Shown here: in pieces, positions 42,500 to 57,239 of the stretch | Layout: every line of letters begins with the position of its first letter | Position numbering within the stretch: position 1 is the stretch's first letter | Assembly (NCBI GenBank): GCA_951406725.2 | Contig: OX597822.1 | Location: forward strand, 15,500,001-15,564,000 | Source: Octopus vulgaris | Taxonomy: Eukaryota | Direction of reading: 5' to 3' | Length of the DNA stretch: 64,000 bases | Translations under genes and position numbers: made by a program | Notes under the pieces: generated by a model | Told to the model about the DNA's origin: nothing | The model's database searches: none | Seen by the model: the letters and a program-made list of their open reading frames with translations, nothing else

Positions 42500-42700
42500 C
42501 ACTCACCAATTGCCACATCAAGGACATCGAAACATGCTCAACAGCCTATGTAGTATACGAGGATGTCAGAAATAAATGTAGGAAATCCTACATAGAGAGT
42601 ACAATTAGGAAATTACACAGCCGTATAAAGGAGCATAAGCAGACAGGCACTTCGATAAAGATACGCCTCAAGAAGTGCCAAAACCGAGAAATAAAGCCCT
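42500..42700 (+). mobile_element. Penelope-like GIY-YIG endonuclease remnant
   Basis: CSTAYVVYE...CRKSYIESTIRKLHSRIKEH follows the VVY...YIG.T.R.L..R..EH pattern. Confidence 0.7.
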
Positions 42701-44397
42701 TTTCTCAGACTGACTTATGACATGGTGCAGCAAAATCGAGAAGGAAAATGCAAGGAAGGAAGAATTTAACTTGAAAGAAATAGGGAAGAGAGCGCAGAAT
42801 CGAGCTGCTTAGTGAAAACTTACTAAAGCCTTCCATTCCTATGTTCCAGAGAGAGGGAAGAACTTTAATCAGTTCACACACGTATAGAACATTTTTGATT
42901 CGGGGATGCGTCTTTTTTCAAAATGCAGCACAGTTTATATAACTAGCGTAAATACTTCTTTTTTTTTATTTAAATGTGCAATCTTCCTTCATGCTTCATT
43001 GCACTGCTTGTTCTTTAATTTCTAATCTCAGCAGCTATAATTCTTAAAGATTCTAGTGACTGAAAGTTTGTCGCTGTGCCCCAACGCAGCTCATTGCGTA
43101 CGAAAGACGTAATTGTAATAATTATATGTGAAAATCAAAAAATTCTTCAAAAAATGAAAACATAGTCTTTTCCTAAATTGTCAAAATTGTAGCTTTTATC
43201 ACGCGTAAAATCATCTACTTAATCAGCATTTGTTACTTATTTCGGATAATAACCTACATTATCTATGAACTGTGTCTTGAAAAACTTTCCTTCTGTAGAA
43301 AATTACCTGGGTGCAAACAATTTATCTATTATGAAATGCAATTCCGCTTTGATCATCGTGTTATATTTTATTAAGGTGAGCGGCGTTTTGGCGGTGACTT
43401 CCATGTTATGTCAAACGATTGTGCTAGAACTGAAGATATTTTATATACTGTAACTGTTATAATTCTTTATGACAACGTTGTCCACAGTTTGAATTGTACA
43501 CGTAATATTGCGAAGCAGAGTTTTGATTACTCTACCCAGCATGACACTACTGTATATAACCTTGCTTTACAAATACAAATTGCTGTTAGGTAAATGCAGC
43601 TTGTCAGTCATTAACATTGACTGCTACTACTACTACTACTAATAATAATAATGTAACGACATTCATTTTATACTCTCACATTATGACATTAAATGTAAAG
43701 GCTTACATTAAACAGAGTTTGCACGAATACCTTACAATTTCATAATAGTAGAGTTTAATTAAATTATGCCTTCTGGACAATAGTGTCTTGGTTAGTAACC
43801 ATGTTCTTAAATATATGTACTGCTGTTCATTAATTGTAATTAGTTGATTTCCTTGAAGAAGGTTTCCCATTACTATAGCTGGGTTCCTTCCAGCGAAATA
43901 TTCCTCTAATTCATTGGTAGACAAGTTATTCAAAAATATATTATATTTACTATATTGCACTGAAATGCAAACCTAACTTAATAATATTTACGACTTTATT
44001 ATAAACTTATCAATTATTGACTTTGAAACATGATTTATTCACCAAAAGTTTAAATTTAATGAAAACAAATGTCGTTAATATCATAATGGAAGGTTTACTT
44101 AAGAGACGTAGTTTCGTATCCACGTAATGGGTAACAATTAGCTCAGGCAATAAACGCTGTAATGTTCAGGATTTTTCACGGCTGGTGAGAATCATAAAAC
44201 CTCATCTATGTTTTTAATCGGTTACAGGTATAATTTAAAATGATTTCCTGATATATATTACTCTAGTAGTATGTTTTTTGTACGGGTGAACAGGTTCTTT
44301 TCAATCATTGCAAATAATTATATATGTATGTATGTATATATGTATATATATATATATATGTATATGTATGTATATACATATATACATACATATACAT

Positions 44398-44430
<33 letters not shown>

Positions 44431-44510
44431 CATATATATACATATACATATATACATATATATACATATATACATATATATATGCATATATATATATGTA
44501 TATATATATG

Positions 44511-44599
<89 letters not shown>

Positions 44600-44600
<1 letters not shown>

Positions 44601-44900
44601 GGAGGCGCAATGGCCCAGTCATTAGGGCGACGGGCTCGCAGTTGGAGGATCGCGGTTTCGATTCCCAAACCGGGTGTTGTGTGTGTTTATAGAGCGAAAA
44701 CACTTAAAAGCTCTACCAGGCTCCGGTAGGGGGGGTGGCGACCCCTGTTGCACTCTTTCGCCACAACTTCCTCTCTCTTCCTGTTCTTGAGTAACGCTGC
44801 GATGGACTGGCGTCCCGTTCAGCTGGGGGGAACACATGCGCCATAGAAACCGGGAAATCGGGCCCATGAACCTGGCTAGGCTTAAAAAGGGTGACATTTA
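44600..44900 (+). mobile_element. tRNA-derived SINE (family 4)
   Basis: A box-like tggcccagtcattag and B box ggtttcgattcc; GC-rich body directly after (TA)n. Confidence 0.7.
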
Positions 44901-45176
44901 TCGTTTATGTATATATCCAGTCATTTTCTTGACCTCCTGACAGAAAGTTCACTATTCTTACTTCAAATTTTTAAAATTTTACTAATATATATACATATAT
45001 ATATATATATAAATTTTTACTAATATATATATATATATACATATTTGGTGCATATATAGATATATGTATGTACATACACACGTACATGCATATATATGTA
45101 TGTATGCATGTACGTGGTATGCACATACATATATCTATATATGCACCAATATGTGTGTGTATATATATATGCACAA

Positions 45177-45214
<38 letters not shown>

Positions 45215-46438
45215 TTTATTTAAAGCAGCAGAAAATTCAACAAAAACTGTTACGTTGCGTTTCTCGTTCATCGGACAGTTTTTGCTAGAATGGAACCGAT
45301 ATATCAATTCAATCCAGACTCTTACAAACGCTACACCTTTAAAAAAATGGACTTGTTTGATTGGCCCTTTAGAAATAACGGTCAATCTTCGAGCGATAAA
45401 CAAAAAAATGAGCTCAAAAATATATGTATATATATATATAAAAATTATAAAATTTATAAAATTCGAGGAAAAAACCTTACATTGAATAAAATACATATTG
45501 ACGTTAATGAAGGAAATATAATTAATGCATAGAAATTAAAACGCATTATAAATATTACACTGCAATAATATTCATATTAAAGTGTACATATATATATCAA
45601 CATACACAGAAGGATGCGTGCAAACGCCATACTTATACAGACGTATAAATATAAATCTAAAATATACACACAAATGCATGCATACATATATGTACGCAAT
45701 CTATCTCGCACGCAAGTTAAAATCATCGATGCTAATGTAGCGTTTCTTATTTACGGAGTAAAGCTTAGGTAAGGGGGACGTAAAGTTGTATGTACCAGTA
45801 TCAGTTAGAGAAAAAACGAAAGAAAGGAAGAGAGAGAAAAAGGAACGAAGAAGGGGGAAGGAAAAAAGAAAAAGGAGGGGTGGGGAAAAAAACGAAATAA
45901 GAAAATTTATGTATACAAGCTGTGTTACCGCGTTGTTGACATATATGGAGACAAGTATACAAATACACAAGTTCGAATGGATACATACACATACAATCGT
46001 GTATGTGTGTGCTTAAGCACAAACATACGCTCACTTACACATACACAGAGACGCATGCTTAAAAATACATATCCATGGCTATACACATATTTACATCAAA
46101 ATTCTAATTTTTGACAACATTGCTTTTTAAAATAAGGTGAATGCAATAATGAAAAATATACGAAAGACATATAAAATATAACACCCTATTTTGGATCATC
46201 TATAAATTAAAAATCAAGGTAATCCTATACAATACAATAACATGAAATAAACGAAGCCGAAGGTTTTTCCTAATGTATATGTAGAAATATAAACAAAATA
46301 AACAAAATATATGCATGAGACTTTGCTATACGGAATGAAATCTGCATAGCGCGAAACAAATCCATCGTCGCGTTTACATACTAGTCCAAGAGTCAAAATC
46401 AAAATTTCAAAAATCAAAAATACAAAATATATACTCTA

Positions 46439-46880
46439 TCAATATGGTATATTTATATTTGACATTTTAAATTTGGTTGCGTGTCTACATAAGTTCATTA
46501 GATCACTTCTTTGATTCAAAGAATTATTGTCTTTGAATAAAATATACAGTTTCTCTAATATGCAAAGCTTGCATTTAAAATTATTTCTGTGTGCTCCATG
46601 CCTGTATGGTGCCGCTCTGTCCAGAATGCTCCATGTCACGTTGAAAGGTGGGGTTTCCTTTTCTTTTAGTTCCCAGACATATTTTGCTCGGCTGGTCCTC
46701 TTCCTATTCTCTGGGTATCTAAATGAATTTTTATGTGAATAAAATCGTGCTTTAAATGAAATTTCTGAAGCCCCTGTATATGTCTTGTATTCCGATGAGC
46801 CTTCTATTTGCACCTTGGCTCTATAAACTACTCCTTTCACTGGACATTTCCCTTCTAACGGACAGGAGTTTTCGTTTTTG
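46439..46880 (-). mobile_element. Penelope-like GIY-YIG endonuclease C-terminal fragment
   Basis: CPLEGKCPVKGVVYRA...YTGASE..FKARF.SH...KYVW.LK...W.IL...CKLCILEK..I...LNQRSDL...CRH. Confidence 0.85.
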
Positions 46881-49789
46881 CAGTATGTATATATATATTA
46901 GCCAGGAAGGAGACTAGTATCGATAATCCTTAACAGCAACGCCAAGTTAGGTGGCAGGACATAGTTGAAGTTATGTGCTAACAGCAGACCTGGCCAAAAA
47001 CTTTAAAGACGCCCATGGCCAGATATTAGTATTAAAAGTAGCAATGGAATAAGTCTTTTATCCAATCATTTAGTGTTTTATATATTGGCTCCACTATCAA
47101 ATACTCCACCGTTCCTTAATAAAGGAGTGTTGATGTTAGATAAATGAACTAACCGCATAGTTATCATAGATATAAGAAAGAGATAATTCTATGTTATAGC
47201 TCACACTTGGATTTGAACGAAGAACACAAATGCCGGATGAAATGTCGCAAAACATTTTTTCTCATTTATGGTGAATCTGCCAGTTCACCATAAATAAGCG
47301 CATTTAAAATACTGTCTCAAACTGTAGCTATCTTGCGGACAAAGTAACAATTGTGAAGCGATTAACAGCACGTTTTCTAATAGCACTTGACAAAATTTCT
47401 CGTAAATCAGTAATATGTAATGAAATTGGTAAAGAGTCTAGTTTGCCAATAAGAGAATACCTCACCGTTAACTTCACTAACTGCAAAACACGTCCTATTG
47501 AACTAGTAGGTATTTTATCATTTCTAGGATATCTCCAAATGTGCTCGTTTAAATACGGACAGGGAAAACACTACGATCCGTTCATCGTTATGGCGATTCA
47601 ATATGGCGATTTGAAGATAATGTTCCAAAATGCAATAGCGTGAGCATTTCAAACATGATCTACTTAGATAAATGTGTTCTATTTCGAGCAAGCCAGAACG
47701 AAGTTTAATACTTGTAAAATATATCGAATGATATGATTAGTAATGCGTAGCTACGATCGAGCTAATGGCTTAATGGATTGAATAAGGAGAATGAAGTGAC
47801 TGGATCATAGATTCATTGTTGTGTGAGGGGAAAATATACAAATATATATACTAGTATATTAACAGAAAACGTACATTATTGAGGATGGAATAATCTATGC
47901 GATTTTCACGCTAAATGATTATTACACATTATAATCACCAATTTGAAAGAGGAAAGAGAAAGAGAACCAGTGGTTCGATACGAAGCGCGTATCTATGACA
48001 CAAATAAAATTAAGCAAAATAGCAAAAGCTGAGTAATTTAAGTAACGACTTTGAGATAGATTATTGTTAGTCTCTCCTTAGCGTAATCGTAAACACCTCG
48101 CTCGACAAGCGATAAATACATTGTTCGGATCACATCATTGAGTTTATCTCTCGTATCCATCTGAAATTGGTGCTTCTACTTTATTCATGTTTCTATAGAA
48201 GTAAACAATCATAATATTCCAGACTCATATCATACATTACATAATCATGTAATGGGATAATTATTTGCTGTAATTACATCTGCATTATATCGTGATACAA
48301 CATAATTGATTTTATATTTGTTAAGCAAAATTGATTTAGCAGCATTGAAATTGTGAAAATTTGATAATTAATAATATACCTGAAACTTATTTCTGGACTC
48401 AAGAAAAGTGAATACTTAATACGCTTTCTTTTCACCACTGACTTTCTTTTCCTTTTAGAATATAGACAGGAGAGAAACTTAATGTAAATGACTATTTTCC
48501 TACAGTCTCCATACATTTACTTCAACAGACTAATTTCAACACCAGGAGAAACTCACACCTGTCTATTTGTGATAGAAATTGATGGTCCTAATTTCATACA
48601 TTTTACATTGTGAAAACATCAACTCAGGTTTGTAAATGAGAGAAATAGATCAGTTTAAATCGAACATTGTTAATTAGACAGTGTAACATCAATCGTTTAG
48701 TAATTGTTACATATATTGGTTCCTATTTATCGATCCGTCCACTGACTCTTATACGTAACAGTCATGATATTGGATACGATTATCTATGAACTACTTGCAT
48801 AGCTGTCATGGATAGAAGAAAGCGATAATTCTACATTATAATTACTACACGATAGTCTACTAAACATAGTAAAAGTTCGTTCGTCTTTCCTACCCGAAGT
48901 GAATACGTGATTCGTTTTACAAGTTAAAGATAAAGTTAGAGAAATTGTAGCAATCGATACGCTAACTATACATCCGGACCGTCAACTTGTGTATCACAAT
49001 GTGTTCGACTTCAAATTGCTGGTGTATAACGGGAAAATAGCTTAATGGAATTGACTTTCTGCTCTACTCTTTCTCTCTTTAAGGTTACCAGGTGTCAGAT
49101 TCTTCATTATTTCCAGTAACTTAAGTAATCTGGGAACTCAGAAGCATTCAGAGTGTATTAGAAACAAGTAAACCGTAGTGAACATTGCATTTTCATTGCA
49201 GCTGTTTACCCTAGCTAATGCATCACAGCTTTGTGACGAACAATCCGGCAATTCTTATTACATATAAAATGGATGTTTGTATGTTGCCCCTAATCCCTCA
49301 TCTGGAAGATATCCCCTGTAAACGGATGGAGTAGGATAAAGAATTAAAGCATAATCCTGATTTATATCAGCTCATGAATTCTACAAAACTTCCATTGCAT
49401 CCATTGTCCAGTACTTTGGTCAATATAAAATATTAAATGTAACACCATTGGACATTGTAAAACGATAAAAAATACATTCGAATTTGAAATGGTTCAATCG
49501 ATAGTCATTCATTTCTATCCAGTCAATGGATCAGCATTGTAGCAATGAACAGGACATTTTATATCTTCCTGCATTTTATTTCTACGTATACGACGCTACA
49601 GCAAGCCAGGGATACACTTTTATTACTGTGCTATATTTTGTTAGCTTATTATCTGTCCGCAAATATTTTCATGGGGAAAATAACGTTATGGCCATGCACT
49701 GCACCGAATAGGTTTGCAAACGAATATATAAGTCCTTCTCACAATGACATAAAAACCACTTCTTGCCACAGTTCTAATATTTTTTTATT

Positions 49790-50330
49790 CACTGAACTGT
49801 GTCCTTGCTGGGGCACACCTTTGAAGGGTTTTCATAATGTTATTCGAATAAATAATTTCACATTCATTTAATCGACACCTGTACGTATTTAGACTCTGGT
49901 GCATATCCTGCTGATCTTTTTTGATCTCTAAACTGTGCAGGGGGGGGGGGGGTTAAACAAACCAACTCTGGATGATATGTGGGGCAGGGTTGAAACTCAA
50001 CCGCTAAAGATACACACACCCTTATACAAACACGCACACACACTTTTAAACACAAACAGACAGACACACACACATACAGAGGCATACACACGCTCACTCA
50101 TACGCACGCACGTCCACACACACTCATACACATAGACATACACACACATGCATACACACATATATTTGACGGACTTCTACGCAATTTCCCTGCACCAAAT
50201 CTATTAACGAAATCCTGGTCTGCAGTAGAAGACCGCTAAAGCCAAGGTGCCGCGCAGTGGGGCCGAGCACGAAACAACACTGTTGTAAAGCGATCTCGTT
50301 AACAACAGACCCATGTCTACGCCTTATGTT
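49790..50330 (-). mobile_element. SINE family 1, highly degenerate
   Basis: tgctggggcacacc...gtagaagac...ccaaggtgccgcgcagtggg. Confidence 0.55.
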
Positions 50331-52048
50331 AACCGTTTTCACACACAGAGACACACACGCACTCTGTCTCTGTCTCTCTGTCTCTGTCTCTTTGTCTCTC
50401 TCTGTCTCTTTGTCTCTCTCTCTCTCTCTTTCACACACACACAAAGTGAATGTATGATTTCTGCCCTGCAAAAAGCTATCTTCTTCGATGAAAACCTATA
50501 TAAATGTATGAGGACGGTTCGTCAATAACTGTTGATTACAGATGATGAAGAAATCTATATTGAACTGTTTTTCAAATAAATAATCATTCGTTTCGTTTCA
50601 TTGTACAGCACAGTTCTACGCACTTCTAAGCATCTCACTTTTCTAACCACTTTTGTTACACAGACGAAATAACAATCATATTTTAACAAATGTTTCAACT
50701 TTCAGAGAAAACATTTATATAATCAAATTTCAGTTGATAAAGTTCTAACAGTAGTAATAATGGTGAGCAATCGTTCTTATTTCAGTCACTTCACTTGTTA
50801 AGATCGAATTTACTGCTCTAATGGTCGACCTTCTGTTCTTTCTGCGTTAAATTGATTCCATTCTACAGAATTAAATGTCGCCCTTTATCAACCTTTACTA
50901 AACTTTCTATGTCTTTTGCATGCGGCTATACACTTATCTTAATGGAGATGTATTTCGTAATAATTCTGTTTGAAAATGTTCGTGCGTATTTATGCAAACT
51001 GGTAGACGCTTAAAATATTAATTACACACACAGCCACACACATACATGCATATATATATTGCGAGACATGGTAGATACATACATTTAAAAACACATATTT
51101 TGCATTAGTAGGACGTTTACATACAAAAGCTCTCAAGCGCACACTTAGATATTAATGTGTGTGTGTATATACTCATCTGTAAATGTGTGTACTTGTAGGT
51201 GTATGTACACTGCATTGCAGTCGCAGTGAATATTTCGGAATTGAAAATAAACTATTCAAATGCTTAACATTTGAAATGCAAGACATTGAAAATCCGGCTG
51301 CAGATAGCAGCTCATGACATCTGAGAATAGCATTAACTAAAGTTAGTACAATACTGGAAACGGAGGTAGCATTTGAAATATTCACAATATTGAATAATGT
51401 AAAGTTGAATTAGATGACAATTGCTGAAATACGTCTACAACAGACAAAACGGAATTCGATAAAACCAATACCTTTGCGACAATTTTTGTGCTTGTTTTAC
51501 AACAGAGTTGATATAATCAACATCAAAAACGTTAGTAAAAATCAATAGTTACTTTAAACAACAAATAAAAAGATTAAAACAAAAATATATTCCCATTGAT
51601 TAATATATCGAACAGGAGTTGCAACAAAAGGAGATGGAAATAGTGTTGGTGGAGGTCTGCTGTTAATTCCCATGTCTATTAGTGTCATTATTATTGAAGT
51701 GCTTACGATTATAACAGTATTTCAAACTGAAGTATATTTCCTGCACCACATCTTTCTCATTTCGATAATCATTTTCCCTAATGACATTAGGGCGACCAAG
51801 CGGCAGAAAGACAGTGATGTATTTAGTTACAACACTTTCATGTTTTAAGTGCATATCCTGTCGATATTAATTTTGCTCTTCTTCCTTTGATGCTGCAGGG
51901 TATGTTAATATATATCGGTTACTTACTGAGGTCGTCTTTAATAGACCTCAGCCCGCCCCTACGCTTGGAATTTTAAAACATTCTAACAGTGTAATGAACA
52001 TTTTAATTTCTTGCAAGAAAACTAGTTGGCCGCCATATTGGTAGAATG

Positions 52049-52510
52049 AGACGCGGTGAGCTGGCAGAATCGTTAGCACGACGGGCGAAATGCTTAGCGG
52101 TATTTTGTCTGCCGTTACGTTCTGAGTTCAAATTCCGCCGAGGTCGACTTTTTCTTTCACCCCTTTCTGGGTCGATAAATTAAGTACCAGTTACATACTG
52201 GGGTCGATGTAATTGACTTAATTCGTTTGTCTGTCCTTGTTTGTCCCCTCTATGTTTAGCCCCTTGTGGGCAATAAAGAAATAAGAATGAGACGCGGTGA
52301 GCTGGCAGAATTGTTAGCACGCCGAGAAAAATGCTTAGCAACAGTTCGTTCATCTTCACGTTTTCAGTTCAAATTCCGCCGAGGTCGACTTTGTCTTTCG
52401 TCTTTTCGGTGTCGATAAAAAAGTACCAGTCGAACACTGGAGCGGGGGTCGATGTAATCGACTTATTCTCACCTCAGAACTAGCTGGCCTTGTGCAAAAA
52501 TTTGAAATCA
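52049..52510 (+). mobile_element. Two head-to-tail SINE family 2 copies
   Basis: gcggtgagctggcagaat..ttagcacg...ttcaaattccgccgaggtcgactt occurs twice; the first copy ends in aataaagaaataagaa. Confidence 0.85.
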
Positions 52511-53837
52511 AGTTGGGGGAGAATATAGGGACAAGACCACTTGATTTTATTTGCATTTCTTTACTGTCGGCGTTGTTCTTGATAAGATCGGATTTGTCGC
52601 TCCTGTTTTGAAGTCGTAACACAAAGGGCTAATCAAGTTTTATGATTAATTTAGTCCAATATCATTCACCAAAAATGCTAGATATGTCCATATTAATTCT
52701 GGTGCTGTTTCTCATCAGCTCACATTATTAATATCTTTATTGAATCCAGAATCGCTTTTTGTTGTTGTAGGTGTCTCTGTTCTCTGAACGATACTGAAAA
52801 AGTGAGAGTTGAATATGAAGAACATGTAATTACATAGGTTTTATTGATTCCATGTAAATGTGGTCAATGATGGATTAATTCTTTGATACAGACTAATATA
52901 AAGGGAAGATGGTGTTTAACGGCGGAGATAATAATTATGGTAATAGCAACAAAAATAATAATCCTTTCAATTACAGGAATGAGATCTGAAATTTGGAGAG
53001 GAGACAGTCAAACAATTACATCGACCACAATGTTTAACTGGTGCTTATTTGATCGAACTTGAAAAGATAAACGACAAGGTCGACTTCGACGGAACAACAA
53101 CGAAAATAACACAGCGATCGGCGTCGCTTGTTCCTTTCTTTATTGTAAATATGGTGAACAAATAACGGGAAAGAAAGAAAGAAAAGTGATCCAAGTTGAT
53201 CACTTTTCTCTCTTTCTGTCTACTTCTCTCTCTCTCTCTCTCTTTCATCACCATCATCATCACTATTTCACGCCCACGATTCCATGCTTGCACGGGTCAA
53301 ACAGGAACTACTGAGGCAAATTTTCTACTGCCAGATATCCTTCTCGTAGCAACGCTCATCTCTAAGGAAAGTAATATTTCGTATGTTCAAACGTGTTTTT
53401 ACGTCTAAGATTGGAAAGAAAAACAACTTCACATGTTATGACGGTGATGATCGTTTACTTCGCGATGTTCGTTTCGAGCTTTGAAGCTTGTTACATCACA
53501 TGATATCACTCAAGACAAAGTTACACGAACAAGCACACAACCCCAATGCCTCATACATATGCGACTGGATTCTTTCTGATGACGTCCAACAAATTCACTC
53601 ACAAGAACCGGCGTAATAGAAGACGACACTTGCCCGAGGTGCCGAGCAGCAGGCTTGAACCCCAAGACCGCATGCTTTTGAACCACATAGCAACGATTGC
53701 ATCCTCACTTCTCTCCTTCTTTACTTCACTCTTTCTCTCCTTCTCTCTCTGTATATACATATACATGTATATATATACATATATATATGTTTGTATGTTG
53801 TGTGTGTGTTATAGCATGTTCCTCATATTTACCTCTC

Positions 53838-53897
<60 letters not shown>

Positions 53898-53996
53898 AAC
53901 AAACATACATATATATATATACATACATGCAGGCATACATACGTATATCCATGGTGGTTGTCTACTCCTTATGCAGAGTTTGACCACCTCCTGTAC

Positions 53997-54330
53997 CTAC
54001 ACCTTAGCACCATCATGGCGTCTGATGTGATTTTTTAAACCAGACAATGTTCTGGAAAGAGACCCACATAGATTGCACCTCTGATTTGGACCACCAATAC
54101 CTGCAGATAATTTCTGCTCTTTGTGGAACTTAACATGTCTGTTGAAGCCTCCGTTGGATTTGCAAACCTTCTGGCATACACTGAATTCAAATGTGTGCAC
54201 ATACATATAGTCAGAATAGTTGGTGGAAGTTCGTTTTCCATGATTTCGCAGATGAGATTTGAGGCCAGGTAAAGACAGGGAAGGTCTGTCACAGAACGTG
54301 TATGCGGAAAGGTCATTGTCATTCACCTTC
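53997..54330 (-). pseudogene. Three degenerate C2H2 zinc fingers, probably a LINE C-terminus or zinc-finger relic
   Basis: xTFC...GLKSHLRNH, xSVC...GFNRHVKFH and CNLC...GLKNHIRRH; the first Cys is lost in two fingers and there are no TGEKP linkers. Confidence 0.6.
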
Positions 54331-56036
54331 TCGATTGTTACATTCTTCCTTAGATCCCATACATACATACTCGTAAGGTAGCCTATAAACCGACTTCTTT
54401 TAAAGAAAAAGCCCCAGGGGAATTTGTTGCGTCAAGAGAAGCATATATATTCTATTGTCACTCTTCGTAACTTGCAGTGAGCCAAGGATTGGCCAGTTTG
54501 AAACCTCAATCCAAGAACATCTCCACAAAAGCAGTACATTGAACGACATTAGCGCTCAGCGTCTCAATATTTATTGGCTGGTATAATAAGATTGCTTTTA
54601 CCTACAGTTACAAACCAAAACTGTGATGTTCTTCAGATTTATAAATGGTTCATTAGAGAAGACACAACTATCACATTAAATCAAAAACAAAAAGCAACAT
54701 TAGACCGTAAATTTCGCAATAAACATGCATTTCTTTGAAGATGATTGCAAGAGTGTTGTTCTACCTCAATATAAACTGAAATTATTTTCACTTTCATACA
54801 TGGCACCATTAATTTATTATTCTCTCAGTCTACCATCGACCACATATAATTATTATCACATCTCAGAACTGAGTTCATTTAGTGGATGAGATATGTGATA
54901 GAAAATACACATGGCTGCCTCAAACAATTTTTTTTCGATAAAAAAGAGAACATAATCAATATTTCAAAATAAGGACATGTATTGAATTCCAATACTATCC
55001 ATGTATCACTGGTATTTGTTTTACATGAAACTACGAAGAATAACAGTCAAGCGTAAATGCAGACAACTGCTTCATAGTTACCGAATTTTATCAATTTTTC
55101 AACGAATACGCAACTTCCATCACAGATACACGCACGGACCCTCATACGAAGTCCTCGGTCACTTTAATCATTCTCTATTCTCTTCCATTTTCTTTTATAT
55201 TGCACACAGATATTATTGGAAACAGAGGTACTTATTCTAACGCGAATGTCATATGATGGCAAACAGAAAATCAAGTTTAACCGGATATTATTTATGGATA
55301 CATGTTTTAATTCTGGGGTAACAACGGAAGAAGTATATATTACCCCTTAACAGGGATGTACAAAGGCACAAATCGTTCTCGCATTGGAGACAAGGGACTA
55401 GGCAGGTTTTACATCAAACAATCATCAGAATTTGCGCACCTAGTCTATCCAAATTAACAAAACTAGACACTGGTAGAAAGAAATCGCAACAAATGTACTA
55501 GAGGAAGGTGGATGCAAAATCCGGGAGCCTAAAGATTGCCTGGCGACACAAGTTGTGTTATGAAGGCCTCCTGCCATGATCCGTGCCTCCAATGTAACAA
55601 ACTATGAGTAGCTTGTATCATTATACTGTGTGCATTAAATGGCATATTTAGAGAGAGGCCTGAAAGAGAAATGCCACTAAGAACTTTATTACTATTATCA
55701 TTATCATTGTTCTTTGTTTTTGTTTTTGTTTTTTTCTTTCTTTGTCTTGTCTTTTTGCCTTTTTGGGGTTTAGTGTTTTGCACTTTTCGTTATAGCAATA
55801 TTTACTTCCTGTTTGAAATATATTTTGGGGATATTTACATGCAGTTTGTAGAGGAATATAACGAATATGTTTCAATGATGAGAGTTGGTTACTCAAAGTA
55901 TTTCTTCGTAAAGGACAAGAAAATAAAACCATTTGCTTGTGGGACAATAATAAATGCGCTCAGCTTCATACAAGATTTAAATTTAGTATTGAAAAATTTC
56001 TAGTAAAGTACATTATCAAAATTGTGTAGTAAATAT

Positions 56037-57127
56037 TGTTATGGTTCGGCTGGTGCAGTATTTCTTGACCCACTTTGTGGGAGTGGCGCCTGCAAGTCTG
56101 GAATAAAAAGCTACAGCCCTTTGTTTACTGGAAGAGTAATGGCCTTGTGCCGGTCGATTAGGGGTCAGAGAGATGTGAGGGCCGAGGAAGATAGAATAAG
56201 GAAGAATCTAGTGACAGTGAAGAAGAGGAAGAAGAAAGTAGTGAGAAAGACAGAGTAAGGGATCTGAGAGCTGTCATGAGAGGGTGACAGCAGCAGCGCC
56301 GATAGAGATAGGCAGATAGGGCTGAGAGCAGATAGAGAGGATATTAGCAAGGCAGAGACAGATTGAGGGTAGTGATAGAGAGACAGTCGGTATTCGGTCG
56401 TCAAAGCGAACAGTCGGTTTTTGGGAGTCAGGGCGAGCGGTTGGAATTTAAGCAGTCGGCGGTCTTGGAGTATTGGGACAGAGAGAGATATGTACAGAGG
56501 AATAGGCGGCGATGGAGATGAGGTACAATATGAGGCGTTGGCTAATGTAAGGTACGTGAATTGTGTATTGATATGTGAAGAAAAAGAAGGACAAGGAATT
56601 GATGTATTGAACAGTGAAAAGAAATGAGACAGTAAAAAATGAATTTAATGAACAATGTGAATTGTGTAAAGGCATTGTGTACAGTGTTGTGATTTGAACA
56701 TTGTATAATGAACATTGAACTGTTAGGCCTGTAATGTCCTTTGAACTGTATATGACTTGTTGATGTGTTTTGAAATAGAACTGTGTCTTCGGACGTGTAC
56801 TCTTGAAATGCTGATATACCTGTATTGATTTGTTATTTCCTTTAAATGCTTTGATCTGTGGTATACCTGTATGATGTGTTGATTCTGTTACTTGCATGTC
56901 CTCTTTTAAATGTATCTTTAAATGTAATTGATGTTGTAACAATTGATTGTCATATAAACTAGTTGTTAAATGTAAGCCAGTTGTGCCTTGCTTCTTTGTG
57001 TCTCTCTCGATTGCCTCTGTGCCTCTGTGCTGCTGCTGCTGTTGTTGTTGTATCTCTCCTCTCCTCCGACGAGTTTCCGTGGCGAGCATTTCCTGATCGA
57101 CCGGGCGACGGCAGGTGGTCCGTAACA
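56037..57127. mobile_element. Solo LTR (~1.09 kb), probably Gypsy-type
   Basis: Begins TGTTATGG and ends CCGTAACA (TG...CA with an imperfect inverted terminus); flanked by ATAT at 56033-56036 and 57128-57131. Confidence 0.8.
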
Positions 57128-57239
57128 ATATATTTTGTAGTAAAGCATTACATTGTCCCGAGTGATACTGACTTGGGAATTGTAAAAACATAACTGTTTG
57201 ATCTACGTGTTGCTACATGCAACATGTTATATCCTATCT

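Noticed and set aside
56448-57191. 247-aa ORF with poly-Q
   Set aside because: Lies almost wholly within the solo LTR, crosses its boundary and has no recognisable domain.
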